Shown here piece after piece: positions 36,777 through 44,414 of a stretch of DNA of 58,403 nucleotides. The notes beneath the pieces were generated by a model. That model was not told the origin of the DNA. It worked only from the letters and a program-made list of their open reading frames with translations, and did no database searches. Position numbers and translations under genes: made by a program. Source of the DNA: an uncultured Bacilli bacterium (GTDB lineage Bacteria; Bacillota_I; Bacilli_A; RF39; UBA660); NCBI GenBank assembly GCA_947627635.1, contig CANQWT010000002.1, positions 1 to 58,403 on the forward strand. Reading direction: 5' to 3'. Every line of letters begins with the position of its first letter. The first letter of the stretch is position 1.

Positions 36777-37580
36777 TTATCGGAACCTCTTTCTTTTATC
36801 TTTTTCTTGACTTCGCTCTTGATATCTCTCTTGATATCGTTCTTGATACTTTTCTCTATCTTTCTCTCTGTCTTTATCTCTTACTCTTTCTTTTTCTTTA
36901 ATTTCCAAGACTTCTATCTCTTGCCTTGGTTTGGCCTTCTTTTTCTTTTTTGGTACAACGCTTTGCTTAATGGTCTTGAGTAGTTTAATGATATCATAGA
37001 TAATAATTGCAAGACATGGAACAACAACAGCAATGATCCAACCATAAGCTTGTGTTAAGAAGTACTGGATATATCCTATTTTTGGTATTCGCAAGACGAC
37101 TTTTCCAAAGATATTGTCATAGGATACACGGCTACTATCAGGGGTATTGTTATTATCTCCTTTTGTTGTATATAACACTTGTCCGCTTTTGGTTTTTTCG
37201 ATACCTACAATTCTATGTGTGACTGTAACACCTGAATAGCGATAGTCTGTGGAATTAAAGGTTATGATATCTCCCTTTTTTAATTCGTCTTTGTCTACTC
37301 TTTTTATAATCACAGCATCTTCTACTTTTATTGTTGGAACCATACTTGGACTTACGATGACATAGGCATTGAATAATGGAGGTAGGTTTTTCCCACTGTC
37401 AATGTTTCTTTTCTCATCGATAAAATGGAGTGCCACTACTATTCCAACAAGTATTAAGATTAGTAAAATTGTATACATGATAACGGTTGTTACAAAGTGT
37501 AGTACTTTTTTGATGTAATATAAAGCTGTCTTTGGGGTTTTCTTTTTGCGTTCCCTTTCTTTATTCATTCTACCACCCAT
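36777..37580 (-). CDS. sipW: Signal peptidase I, SipW (ER/archaeal) type, with C-terminal TM and charged repeat tail
   Basis: 267 aa; SPSMVPTI catalytic Ser block, ..ITFNS.., TKGDNNNTPD block, C-terminal TM, then KDREKDREKYQERYQERYQER tail (12-bp x3 repeat at 36828-36863). Confidence 0.8.
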   Translation of the reverse strand: MGGRMNKERERKKKTPKTALYYIKKVLHFVTTVIMYTILLILILVGIVVALHFIDEKRNIDSGKNLPPLFNAYVIVSPSMVPTIKVEDAVIIKRVDKDELKKGDIITFNSTDYRYSGVTVTHRIVGIEKTKSGQVLYTTKGDNNNTPDSSRVSYDNIFGKVVLRIPKIGYIQYFLTQAYGWIIAVVVPCLAIIIYDIIKLLKTIKQSVVPKKKKKAKPRQEIEVLEIKEKERVRDKDREKDREKYQERYQERYQERSQEKDKRKRFR

Positions 37581-37653
37581 CTTATCCTTATACTATTTAT
37601 ATAATAGCACAAAAACTTTCCAAATAAAAGTATTAACATACCTTTTTGACAAA

Positions 37654-37684
37654 GAAAAAAAGCTACTTGCTTCTATTTAGTAGC
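37654..37684 (-). terminator. Intrinsic terminator after TasA-like paralog D
   Basis: GCTACT...AGTAGC stem (37662-37667 / 37679-37684) followed by a U-run on the minus strand. Confidence 0.5.
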
Positions 37685-38301
37685 TAATCTGTAACAACTC
37701 CACCTTTAACGTTTACTCGTACTGTAAAGGAAAGTCCAACACCATCCAGTATAGCATCTTGTTTAATCCACATACGTAGGCGATATCCTATGTTTTCTGT
37801 ATGAGTAGAAGTTCCTTTAGTTAAAAGCATTGTTCCTTTTTCTGTTCCCCAAGTTGTTTCTTTTGTAAGTGGTGTGAATACTTTTGGTGCCATGACTTCT
37901 TCATAAGTTGCTCCTTGTTTTTTTTCAAGATAGAGTTTGACTTGGTCATCTTTTAATGTAGAATTGACGTCTTTTTCTGCGGATACTTCATAGGCAATAG
38001 TAGCAGTTCCACTAATTGTAGTACCAACTGTAAAGTCAAAATACTCTCCTACTCCACTTAATTTTTTACCAACGTCGTCTGAAGTAGGTAGGGCATCTTC
38101 AATATGAATACCATTTGTACTTTCTTGATAAGTCATACGAAGTGTACCTGTACGAATTGTATTGGATTCTTCTCCACGTCCTGTGAACTTAATGGTAGCA
38201 AATGAAATACCAAATATTGCAATAAGTAAAATTAAAACAGCAATAATACTAACATATAAAGAACCACTTTGGTCTTTTTCTTCTTCTTGTTTCTTTTTCA
38301 T
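37684..38301 (-). CDS. TasA-like / SipW-dependent-type signal peptide protein, paralog D
   Basis: 205 aa from ATG 38301 (AGGAGG upstream); ..GISFATIKF...IRTGTLRMTY, YFDFTV, YRLRMWI and VRVNVKG blocks shared with paralogs A-C. Confidence 0.7.
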   Translation of the reverse strand: MKKKQEEEKDQSGSLYVSIIAVLILLIAIFGISFATIKFTGRGEESNTIRTGTLRMTYQESTNGIHIEDALPTSDDVGKKLSGVGEYFDFTVGTTISGTATIAYEVSAEKDVNSTLKDDQVKLYLEKKQGATYEEVMAPKVFTPLTKETTWGTEKGTMLLTKGTSTHTENIGYRLRMWIKQDAILDGVGLSFTVRVNVKGGVVTD

Positions 38302-38484
38302 AAATAGCCTCCTATTATTAACTAAATTATAGCATAACAAGAAAAGTTTGAAAAGAAAAAATTGTAGAAGAATAGAATTAGAATAAATTAGTTTGTAAAA
38401 GACCACTAATTAAAGTCAAAGAAAAAGAATAGAACATACCACTTTTATGTCAAATATATCGATATAGTTCTAAGAGAAAAAACA

Positions 38485-38517
38485 TATAAAAGAAAAAAGT
38501 AGCAATAAACTACTTTT
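38485..38517 (-). terminator. Intrinsic terminator after paralog A
   Basis: AAAAGTAG-N7-CTACTTTT hairpin (38495-38517) and T-rich tract on the minus strand. Confidence 0.5.
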
Positions 38518-38604
38518 TATATATATAAACCTCTGGTCGGTAAGGTTTATACCAATTTAATCTTGTAATACTTGTAATAGCTTTCGGCAAGGTTAAGTTA
38601 AAAG

Positions 38605-39273
38605 CTATGCTTGTGGTACAGCGCTCTTTGCGTAAACATTTACTTTTGCTTTATATTGACGAACTTTTGCAAAAGATTCACCGTTTTCGTCTTCAGAACC
38701 GTACTTAGAATTTAACCACATTCTTAATGAGTAATATCTAGTTGTAGAAGTATTAACACTATCTTCTTTCATTTCCATAACATTAGATGGACAACCTGTC
38801 TTTGCATTTGCAGAAGTTACAGCATATCCTTCTTTTAATACACCCTCTGTTTTATCTGCAACACCTTCACTTTCAGTTTCAGATAAATAGAAGTTAACGT
38901 ATTGGTCTTCAAGTTGTAAAGGACTTCCTTTGGAACTTCCGTCTCCTCCTTCTACTGGAATTTTTTCAACTGCAATAGAGTAAACAATAGTTGCACTTCC
39001 GTTAATAGTTGATGTTACGTCAAAATCAAATTTTTGGTCTGCATCATTTAAGGCTTTACCTGTGTTATTATCCGTAGGCATCGCATCTACAAGGTTAATA
39101 ATATTCGTACTTTCATTATATTGAAATGCAATTGTACCTGTTGTAATTTCATTCACTTGTGTTCCTGGTTTAGTGTATGTAAATGCTGCGAATGACACAC
39201 CTACTACTGCGACTACTAGAATAGCTACTCCTAGCACTGACAATAAAATTTGTTTTGATGAATTATTGTTCAT
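38605..39273 (-). CDS. TasA-like / SipW-dependent-type signal peptide protein, paralog A
   Basis: 222 aa; VSFAAFTYTKPG...ITTGTI resembles TasA ..TWAAFND...ASGTLDL; KFDFDV, YSLRMWL and KVNVYA blocks; strong RBS AAGGAGGA. Confidence 0.75.
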   Translation of the reverse strand: MNNNSSKQILLSVLGVAILVVAVVGVSFAAFTYTKPGTQVNEITTGTIAFQYNESTNIINLVDAMPTDNNTGKALNDADQKFDFDVTSTINGSATIVYSIAVEKIPVEGGDGSSKGSPLQLEDQYVNFYLSETESEGVADKTEGVLKEGYAVTSANAKTGCPSNVMEMKEDSVNTSTTRYYSLRMWLNSKYGSEDENGESFAKVRQYKAKVNVYAKSAVPQA

Positions 39274-39355
39274 GTTTTTCTATCCTCCTTATGTTTCAAA
39301 TATAGCATATTTTATTTTTACGTTCAAGTGCTTTTTTTAAATTTGACAGTCACTT
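39134..39355. repeat. 222-bp duplicated segment, copy 1 (5' end, RBS and promoter of paralog A)
   Basis: Matches 41575-41796 with 5 mismatches by my count. Covers the first 48 codons (identical protein sequence) plus 82 nt upstream. Confidence 0.9.
39299..39327 (-). promoter_or_regulatory. Sigma-A-type promoter of paralog A
   Basis: Minus strand: TTGAAC - 17 nt - TATATT. Confidence 0.6.
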
Positions 39356-39509
39356 CACAAAAAAATTTTTTATTTTTTTTATATTGCTTATTTTATAAAA
39401 TTTCAAACATAAATTTTTAACAAGAAAAGAATTAAAATGAAATACAAAAAATATATTTCATTTTAATTCGCGCCTTTCGACCATTAACATAATCTGGTAT
39501 ACTTATTAT

Positions 39510-40664
39510 GTGATGTATATGTATGAAATAATAGAATGGTATAATGCTTATTTTTATAAAGATAGAACTATCAAGTTTCGTCTTAAAGATATTTTTTCTG
39601 ATCATTGGGATAATTTTGTCAGGGAAAACCCTAATCTAAATATTAGACCTGTTGTTCATAAAGAAGTGAATCGCATGATTTCTTGTCATACTTCTGAATT
39701 AGGTTACTCTGTCTACGAATGTCCTGACTGTGGCGAAATCAAATTCTCCTATCACACCTGTAAATCTAGGTTTTGTCCTTCTTGTGGTAACAAATATGTT
39801 AGAAAAAGAACTGAAGCCATTCTTCAAAAATGTTATAACTGTAAACATCGTCATATTGTTTTTACTATTTCTGATTATCTATGGAATTTCTTCCGTAAAG
39901 ATAGAAAACTTATTGACTTACTTTTTCAAGCTGTTTCTAAAACTATTCTTTCTTGGTTTGCTGATAAATCTAAAAAAGAACATTATATTCCTGGTATTAT
40001 TGCTGTCTTACACACTTATGGTAGAGATATGAAATGGAATCCTCATATTCATACTATTGTTACCGAAGGTGCTATGGGTAATCTTAATATCTTTAAAAAA
40101 TTTGATTTTATTTCTTATGATGCTTTAAGAAAACGTTTTCAAAAAATACTTCTAGATTTATTAGAAAAAAAGATTAACTCTAAAAGCTTTAAACAACTTA
40201 AAAACTTTATCTATAAAAAGTCTAATAAAGGCTTTTATGTTTATGCTGAAAAGAAATGTAATCAATCTACTCAACATATGATTGAATATGCTGTTAGATA
40301 TACTGGTAAACCTGCTATGGCTGAATCTAGAATTCTGGATTATGATGGTGAATATATAACTTTCTGGTATCAAAGACACGAAGACAATAAAATTATTAAG
40401 GAAAAAATTCATGTCTATGAGTTCTTTAAACGTTTGATTATTCATATTCCCGATGAAAATTTTAAAACTGTTAGATATTATGGAATATATTCCAAAAAGC
40501 ACAAATTTCATGATAAAATGTTTATGTTAATCAAACATCAAACTCACAAATTAAGAAACTCTCTTAATTCTTGGAGAATGATGATATTGAAAGACTTTGA
40601 TATTGATCCTATTCAATGTCCCAAGTGTGGTAACCAAATGAAATGGCAATATCGAGTCTGTTAG
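39510..40664 (+). CDS. IS91-family transposase (N-terminal zinc-binding domain + Y2 transposase core)
   Basis: 384 aa; CPDCG...HTCKSRFCPSCG zinc-binding region, HIVFT, LHTYGRDMKWNPHIHTIV (HUH-like) blocks. Start ambiguous (GTG 39510, ATG 39513 or 39519). Confidence 0.8.
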   Translation: MMYMYEIIEWYNAYFYKDRTIKFRLKDIFSDHWDNFVRENPNLNIRPVVHKEVNRMISCHTSELGYSVYECPDCGEIKFSYHTCKSRFCPSCGNKYVRKRTEAILQKCYNCKHRHIVFTISDYLWNFFRKDRKLIDLLFQAVSKTILSWFADKSKKEHYIPGIIAVLHTYGRDMKWNPHIHTIVTEGAMGNLNIFKKFDFISYDALRKRFQKILLDLLEKKINSKSFKQLKNFIYKKSNKGFYVYAEKKCNQSTQHMIEYAVRYTGKPAMAESRILDYDGEYITFWYQRHEDNKIIKEKIHVYEFFKRLIIHIPDENFKTVRYYGIYSKKHKFHDKMFMLIKHQTHKLRNSLNSWRMMILKDFDIDPIQCPKCGNQMKWQYRVC

Positions 40665-40931
40665 AAAGGTCGTGTTATTATCATTAAATTTGATTTTTCT
40701 ACTATACCTATACCACTTAGTGGAAAAATAGTAGAATATATTTGTCCTAAATGTAAGGTAGAATTTGAAGCACCCCTTGAAATGGTTGAAGAATTTGAAC
40801 AAGAAGACATGTTTAATAATCTTCCTGTTTCAACTCCACCCTACATTACTTGTCCTAAATGCAAACATAACAAATGTGTTCCATTAGACTATAAATCAAA
40901 AAGAGGTTACCACCATAAATATAATAAATAA
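40665..40931 (+). other. 88-codon open frame continuing in-frame after the transposase TAG stop (two further CPKC zinc-ribbon motifs)
   Basis: ...QCPKCGNQMKWQYRVC-TAG-KGRVIIIKFDFSTIPIPLSGKIVEYICPKCKVEF...ITCPKCKHNKCVPLDYKSKRGYHHKYNK-TAA. No ATG, GTG or TTG before codon 40 of the extension. Confidence 0.4.
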
Positions 40932-41033
40932 AAAATTTTTAATTCATAATATTATGAATTGTTTTGGAGTGACTTAATTGTCACTCCTTTATTTTTTTAT
41001 ATTTTTATTTATAAGGAGAAAATTCCTTATAAA

Positions 41034-41056
41034 TAAAAAAGAAGTCTTACGACTTC
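41034..41056 (-). terminator. Intrinsic terminator after paralog B
   Basis: GAAGTC-TTAC-GACTTC hairpin (41041-41056) with a U-run on the minus strand. Confidence 0.55.
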
Positions 41057-41075
41057 ACTTTTTTATAGACTATTT

Positions 41076-41714
41076 TTAGTCTGCAGCAGGTTGTTCTGCT
41101 TTAGCATAAACATTAACTTTTACTTGGAATGTTTTTTGTTCAGTAAATTGGTCTGCTGCATCTGCTGCAACCCACATTCTTAAACGATAGTATTTAGTTT
41201 GTGACGCAGTGATAGTCTTTTCCTCTAATACCATCTCATTTGCTGGGCGACCTGTGTTAGTATTTGCTGCTTTTTCAGGTGTGAATACTTTTGGTGCCAT
41301 AGCCTCTGCTTCGTCTGCTGCTCCTACTTCTGCTCCCATTGCGTTAATTGTTTCAAGATACAACATTACGTCGCTATCTGCAAGAGTTGAAGTTGGAGTT
41401 ACTTTTGCAGCTGTAATCGAATAGTCAATTGTTGTTTTTCCTGCAACTTTAGCATCTACAGTGAAATCAAAATATTCATTTTCACCTGCTAATTTTTTTC
41501 CTGCATCTTTTGTAATTGGAAGTGCATTCTCTAATTTTATTCCATCGGCTCCTTCTGTATAACTTAATGTAATAGTACCTGTTGTAATTTCATTCACTTG
41601 TGTTCCTGGTTTAGTGTATGTAAATGCTGCGAATGACACACCTACTACTGCAACTACTAGAATGGCTACTCCTAGTACTGACAATAAGATTTGTTTTGAT
41701 GAATTATTGTTCAT
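41076..41714 (-). CDS. TasA-like / SipW-dependent-type signal peptide protein, paralog B
   Basis: 212 aa; first 48 residues identical to paralog A; YFDFTV, YRLRMWV and VKVNVYA blocks. Confidence 0.75.
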   Translation of the reverse strand: MNNNSSKQILLSVLGVAILVVAVVGVSFAAFTYTKPGTQVNEITTGTITLSYTEGADGIKLENALPITKDAGKKLAGENEYFDFTVDAKVAGKTTIDYSITAAKVTPTSTLADSDVMLYLETINAMGAEVGAADEAEAMAPKVFTPEKAANTNTGRPANEMVLEEKTITASQTKYYRLRMWVAADAADQFTEQKTFQVKVNVYAKAEQPAAD

Positions 41715-41796
41715 GTTTTTCTATCCTCCTTATGTTTAAAATATAGCATATTTTATTTTTACGTTCAAGTGCTTTTTTTAAATTTGACAGTCACTT
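41575..41796. repeat. 222-bp duplicated segment, copy 2 (5' end, RBS and promoter of paralog B)
   Basis: See 39134-39355. Confidence 0.9.
41740..41768 (-). promoter_or_regulatory. Sigma-A-type promoter of paralog B
   Basis: Minus strand: TTGAAC - 17 nt - TATATT, identical to the paralog A promoter. Confidence 0.6.
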
Positions 41797-41885
41797 TCCG
41801 ATTTTTGTTTGTCTTTTCTTCTGTTATACTTGTTTTATATATTGATTTCATAAAATTAAAAGATTAGAGTTTGTTCTCTAATCTA

Positions 41886-42008
41886 CTTTTTTCGTTACCA
41901 TTTATACGGCTGGCATCACCGACTTTTTTCGTTAACCACTTATACAGCTGGCATCACTGACTTTTTTCGTTAACCATTTATACAGCTGGCATCACTGACT
42001 TTTTTATT
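41886..42008. repeat. Intergenic tandem repeat, 37/38-bp unit x3 plus a partial fourth
   Basis: Units CTTTTTTCGTTAACCATTTATACAGCTGGCATCACTGA at 41886-41922, 41923-41960 and 41961-41998, partial from 41999. Each contains a CAGCTG palindrome and, in units 2-3, GTTAAC. Confidence 0.85.
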
Positions 42009-42097
42009 ACTTTACTACATAGTTGTAATGTATGAATGTATTTATACTATAGCACAGCTTTATTGATTTTACACTGGTAAATATTGGAATATTTTTT

Positions 42098-42736
42098 CTA
42101 TAACTCTTGTTGTGCTTCTACTCCTACTTTTGCTTTAAAGGTTTTTGAAGTTTTTGCATCTTCTTCTACTTCTCCATAAGTTGAGGCTACCCAAAGTCTT
42201 AATCTAAAGTTTTGAGTTACGTCTCCTTTAGTAAAAGTTCCATGATAAATTATTCTTTTTGAAGTATCTTCTTGGACTGTTGATAGGGATGCATAAGTTG
42301 GTACTGTTGCTTGATAATCTGGATATGCGACTTCTGTATCTCCATTGGTTAAATATACTTTGACATATTTATCGGGTAATACTGTTCCTTCTGATACATT
42401 TTGTAGATATACGTCATAGCCTATGTTTGCATCTCCTGTGACATTTGCAGAGACTGTAAAGTCAAAGTATCCACTGGTTACGGTTTGTTCTTTGGTTGTA
42501 TCTTGTTTGAGTAGTTTTTTTCCTTCTTCGTCTGTGATGGGGTGTGCATTGGTGATATTTATTCCTCCTTTTGGTGTTTCATTAAAACTCATTGAAACTG
42601 TTCCTGTTGTAATTTTATTTTCTTCTATTCCTTTTTTTGTATAGGCAAAAATTGCAAATGACGTGAAAAGAATTGCTACAAAAAGTATAACAATGGCTAC
42701 TAATGAAATCAAAATTTTTCCGTTACTCTTTTCCAT
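42098..42736 (-). CDS. TasA-like / SipW-dependent-type signal peptide protein, paralog C
   Basis: 212 aa; ..TSFAIFAYTKKG...ITTGTVSMSF, YFDFTV, FRLRLWV and KAKVGVEA blocks; starts 9 nt after the 3D-domain gene. Confidence 0.75.
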   Translation of the reverse strand: MEKSNGKILISLVAIVILFVAILFTSFAIFAYTKKGIEENKITTGTVSMSFNETPKGGINITNAHPITDEEGKKLLKQDTTKEQTVTSGYFDFTVSANVTGDANIGYDVYLQNVSEGTVLPDKYVKVYLTNGDTEVAYPDYQATVPTYASLSTVQEDTSKRIIYHGTFTKGDVTQNFRLRLWVASTYGEVEEDAKTSKTFKAKVGVEAQQEL

Positions 42737-42745
42737 AAATCCTCC

Positions 42746-43342
42746 TTAAAATCCATATCTTAAAATTTCAAAGTGTATATTTTTTTGAGTTGAAAATCCT
42801 TCTAAGTTTCGTTCTGTTGTGAAGAGTAAATCTAAGTGATTTCCTTTTATTGCTCCTCCTCTATCCATAACTATTGCAAGAATTGGTTCACTATAAATAT
42901 TGATATTTGAAACTTTAATAATACTTCCACATGGAAGTGATTTATCTGCGGCAAGTATTCTTACTGGTCCATAGGTTGTATCATTATAATAAATATTTCC
43001 ATTTTGTAAATTTTGGTGAGGTGGACAAGCACTATGTCCTCCACAACCTGCACAGTCTGGTCCATAAGCTGTTAGTTTTCCAATGAAGGCAACTCTTCCT
43101 TCTTGAACATGAGAAAGGGCTTCTTCAAAGCTATTATAAATAGGGGCTGGTTTTTCTTTTGTAAGTTCTTGAAGTGCAAGATAATTGTTTTGAAACTGAC
43201 TAGTTCCAATAGATTTAGTAAGGTTCATATTAGAAGTTACAATAGATGCTTTTTGATTTGTACTTAATACCATAATACAAAGAAGAAAAACACACACTAG
43301 TCCACTAAAATATTGTCCATATCTAAGTAATTTCTTTTTCAT
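42746..43342 (-). CDS. 3D-domain (RlpA/MltA-like double-psi beta-barrel) cell-wall protein, YabE/YuiC-like
   Basis: 198 aa; signal anchor; GKLTAYGPDCAGCGG, LPCGSIIKV and VMDRGGAIKGNHLDLLF blocks typical of 3D domains; occupies the yabE position after tatD. Confidence 0.7.
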   Translation of the reverse strand: MKKKLLRYGQYFSGLVCVFLLCIMVLSTNQKASIVTSNMNLTKSIGTSQFQNNYLALQELTKEKPAPIYNSFEEALSHVQEGRVAFIGKLTAYGPDCAGCGGHSACPPHQNLQNGNIYYNDTTYGPVRILAADKSLPCGSIIKVSNINIYSEPILAIVMDRGGAIKGNHLDLLFTTERNLEGFSTQKNIHFEILRYGF

Positions 43343-43381
43343 AGACCACCTTCTATGCTACATACATAATACCACTTAGAA

Positions 43382-44134
43382 TTACAATAAGTCAAATGTT
43401 TCTATGGCATTTTTATCTGTTATTTCTTGGACTTCTAAAATATCAATATTCTTGACATTTTTGATGGTTTCAGCGATTTCTTTTAAGTACTTAGGGCTAT
43501 TCTTTTTGCCTCTATAAGGATGGGGTGCGAGATAGGGACTATCTGTTTCTAGAACTATACTTGATAATGGTATTTCTTTGACGACTTCTTTTAAATGACT
43601 ATTTTTAAAAGTAATTACACCACCTATTCCTAAAAGAAATCCCATTTGAATATAGATTTTTGCAGTTTCTAAACTTCCTGTAAAGCAATGGATTACTCCT
43701 TTTACTGGATATTTCTTTAAAATATTTATTGTATCTTCTGTTGCATCTCTTGAATGAATGACAACGGAAAGATTTAGTTCTTTAGCAAGAGATAGTTGTT
43801 GTTCAAATAACTTTTGTTGTTCTTGTTTATTCTCTTTTGTATAGTGATAATCAAGTCCTATTTCTCCTATTGCAACGCAAGTTGGGGTTTCTTTTATTTT
43901 TTCTTTTAATTCTTGGATATCTTTATCTGTTATTTGATTTGCTTCTTCTGGGTGATATCCTAAAGCTAAATAGACGTTTTCTTGTTTTTTTAAAAGTGGA
44001 ATATTTTCTTGTTGTTCTTTCTTTGTACAACAACTTACAATGATTTTAGAAACTCCACTTTCTTTAATTTCTTGTAATTCTTTTTGAAAAGCATTTTTAT
44101 CTTCGATTTCAAAGTGACAATGTGTATCTATCAT
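43382..44134 (-). CDS. tatD: TatD-family metal-dependent DNase/hydrolase
   Basis: MIDTHCH.. N-terminus, ..EIGLDYHY.., ..VIHSRDA.., ..ETDSPYL.. blocks; start set to ATG 44134. Confidence 0.9.
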   Translation of the reverse strand: MIDTHCHFEIEDKNAFQKELQEIKESGVSKIIVSCCTKKEQQENIPLLKKQENVYLALGYHPEEANQITDKDIQELKEKIKETPTCVAIGEIGLDYHYTKENKQEQQKLFEQQLSLAKELNLSVVIHSRDATEDTINILKKYPVKGVIHCFTGSLETAKIYIQMGFLLGIGGVITFKNSHLKEVVKEIPLSSIVLETDSPYLAPHPYRGKKNSPKYLKEIAETIKNVKNIDILEVQEITDKNAIETFDLL

Positions 44135-44176
44135 TTTCTTCACCAACCTAAAAATACCACAACTTGGGTGATATTT

Positions 44177-44326
44177 CTAGATTTCATACGATTTTATTAC
44201 AGATAATTTTAAACAATAGAAGAGAAAGAACAATAAAAAACAAATATCAATAACATTTCTATCTCTTGCAATACTCCAAAATAAAAGACTACTTACTTCT
44301 AATACTTCTACAATAAGTTTTAACAT
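44177..44326 (-). CDS. Possible 49-aa small hydrophobic protein
   Basis: Own translation: MLKLIVEVLEVSSLLFWSIARDRNVIDICFLLFFLFYCLKLSVIKSYEI; AAAGGA about 9 nt upstream of the ATG; lies between the metG terminator and tatD. Confidence 0.3.
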   Translation of the reverse strand: MLKLIVEVLEVSSLLFWSIARDRNVIDICFLLFFLFYCLKLSVIKSYEI

Positions 44327-44368
44327 TTTAAGTATCCTTTCTTTTTAGACTACCATTCGATAATAACA

Positions 44369-44404
44369 TAAAAAAAGAAAAATACGAGTACTCTTTATTT
44401 TTCT
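44369..44404 (-). terminator. Intrinsic terminator after metG
   Basis: 9-bp stem AGAAAAATA/TATTTTTCT (44376-44384 / 44396-44404) plus a U-run on the minus strand. Confidence 0.55.
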
Positions 44405-44414
44405 TTTTATATCT

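Larger units (their letters stand above)
39359..41033 (+). mobile_element. IS91-family (Y2 HUH rolling-circle) insertion element; boundaries approximate
   Basis: Transposase ORF flanked by hairpin-rich ends. Left end has a 16-bp inverted repeat GAATTAAAATGAAATA / TATTTCATTTTAATTC (39431-39470). Right end has palindromes AATTCATAATATTATGAATT, GGAGTGAC..GTCACTCC and TTTATTTATAAGGA..TCCTTATAAATAAA (about 40940-41035). Left limit taken where the 222-bp duplication ends. Confidence 0.4.

Noticed and set aside
37684-38406. Long N-terminal extensions proposed by the track (also 8944-9960, 57735-58256, 46996-47685, 53922-54815, 50998-51579)
   Set aside because: In each case an internal ATG with a good Shine-Dalgarno sequence matches the expected family N-terminus. 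The extended forms begin at weak TTG or GTG codons or overlap neighbours.
39730-40802. Track ORFs 39730-40032 (+), 40161-40511 (-) and 40551-40802 (-) inside the IS element
   Set aside because: They are alternative-frame or antisense ORFs within the well-supported transposase gene, with low-complexity AT-driven sequences.
41886-42008. Possible CRISPR array
   Set aside because: The repeats are directly abutting with no spacers. There are only about 3 copies and no cas genes in the window.
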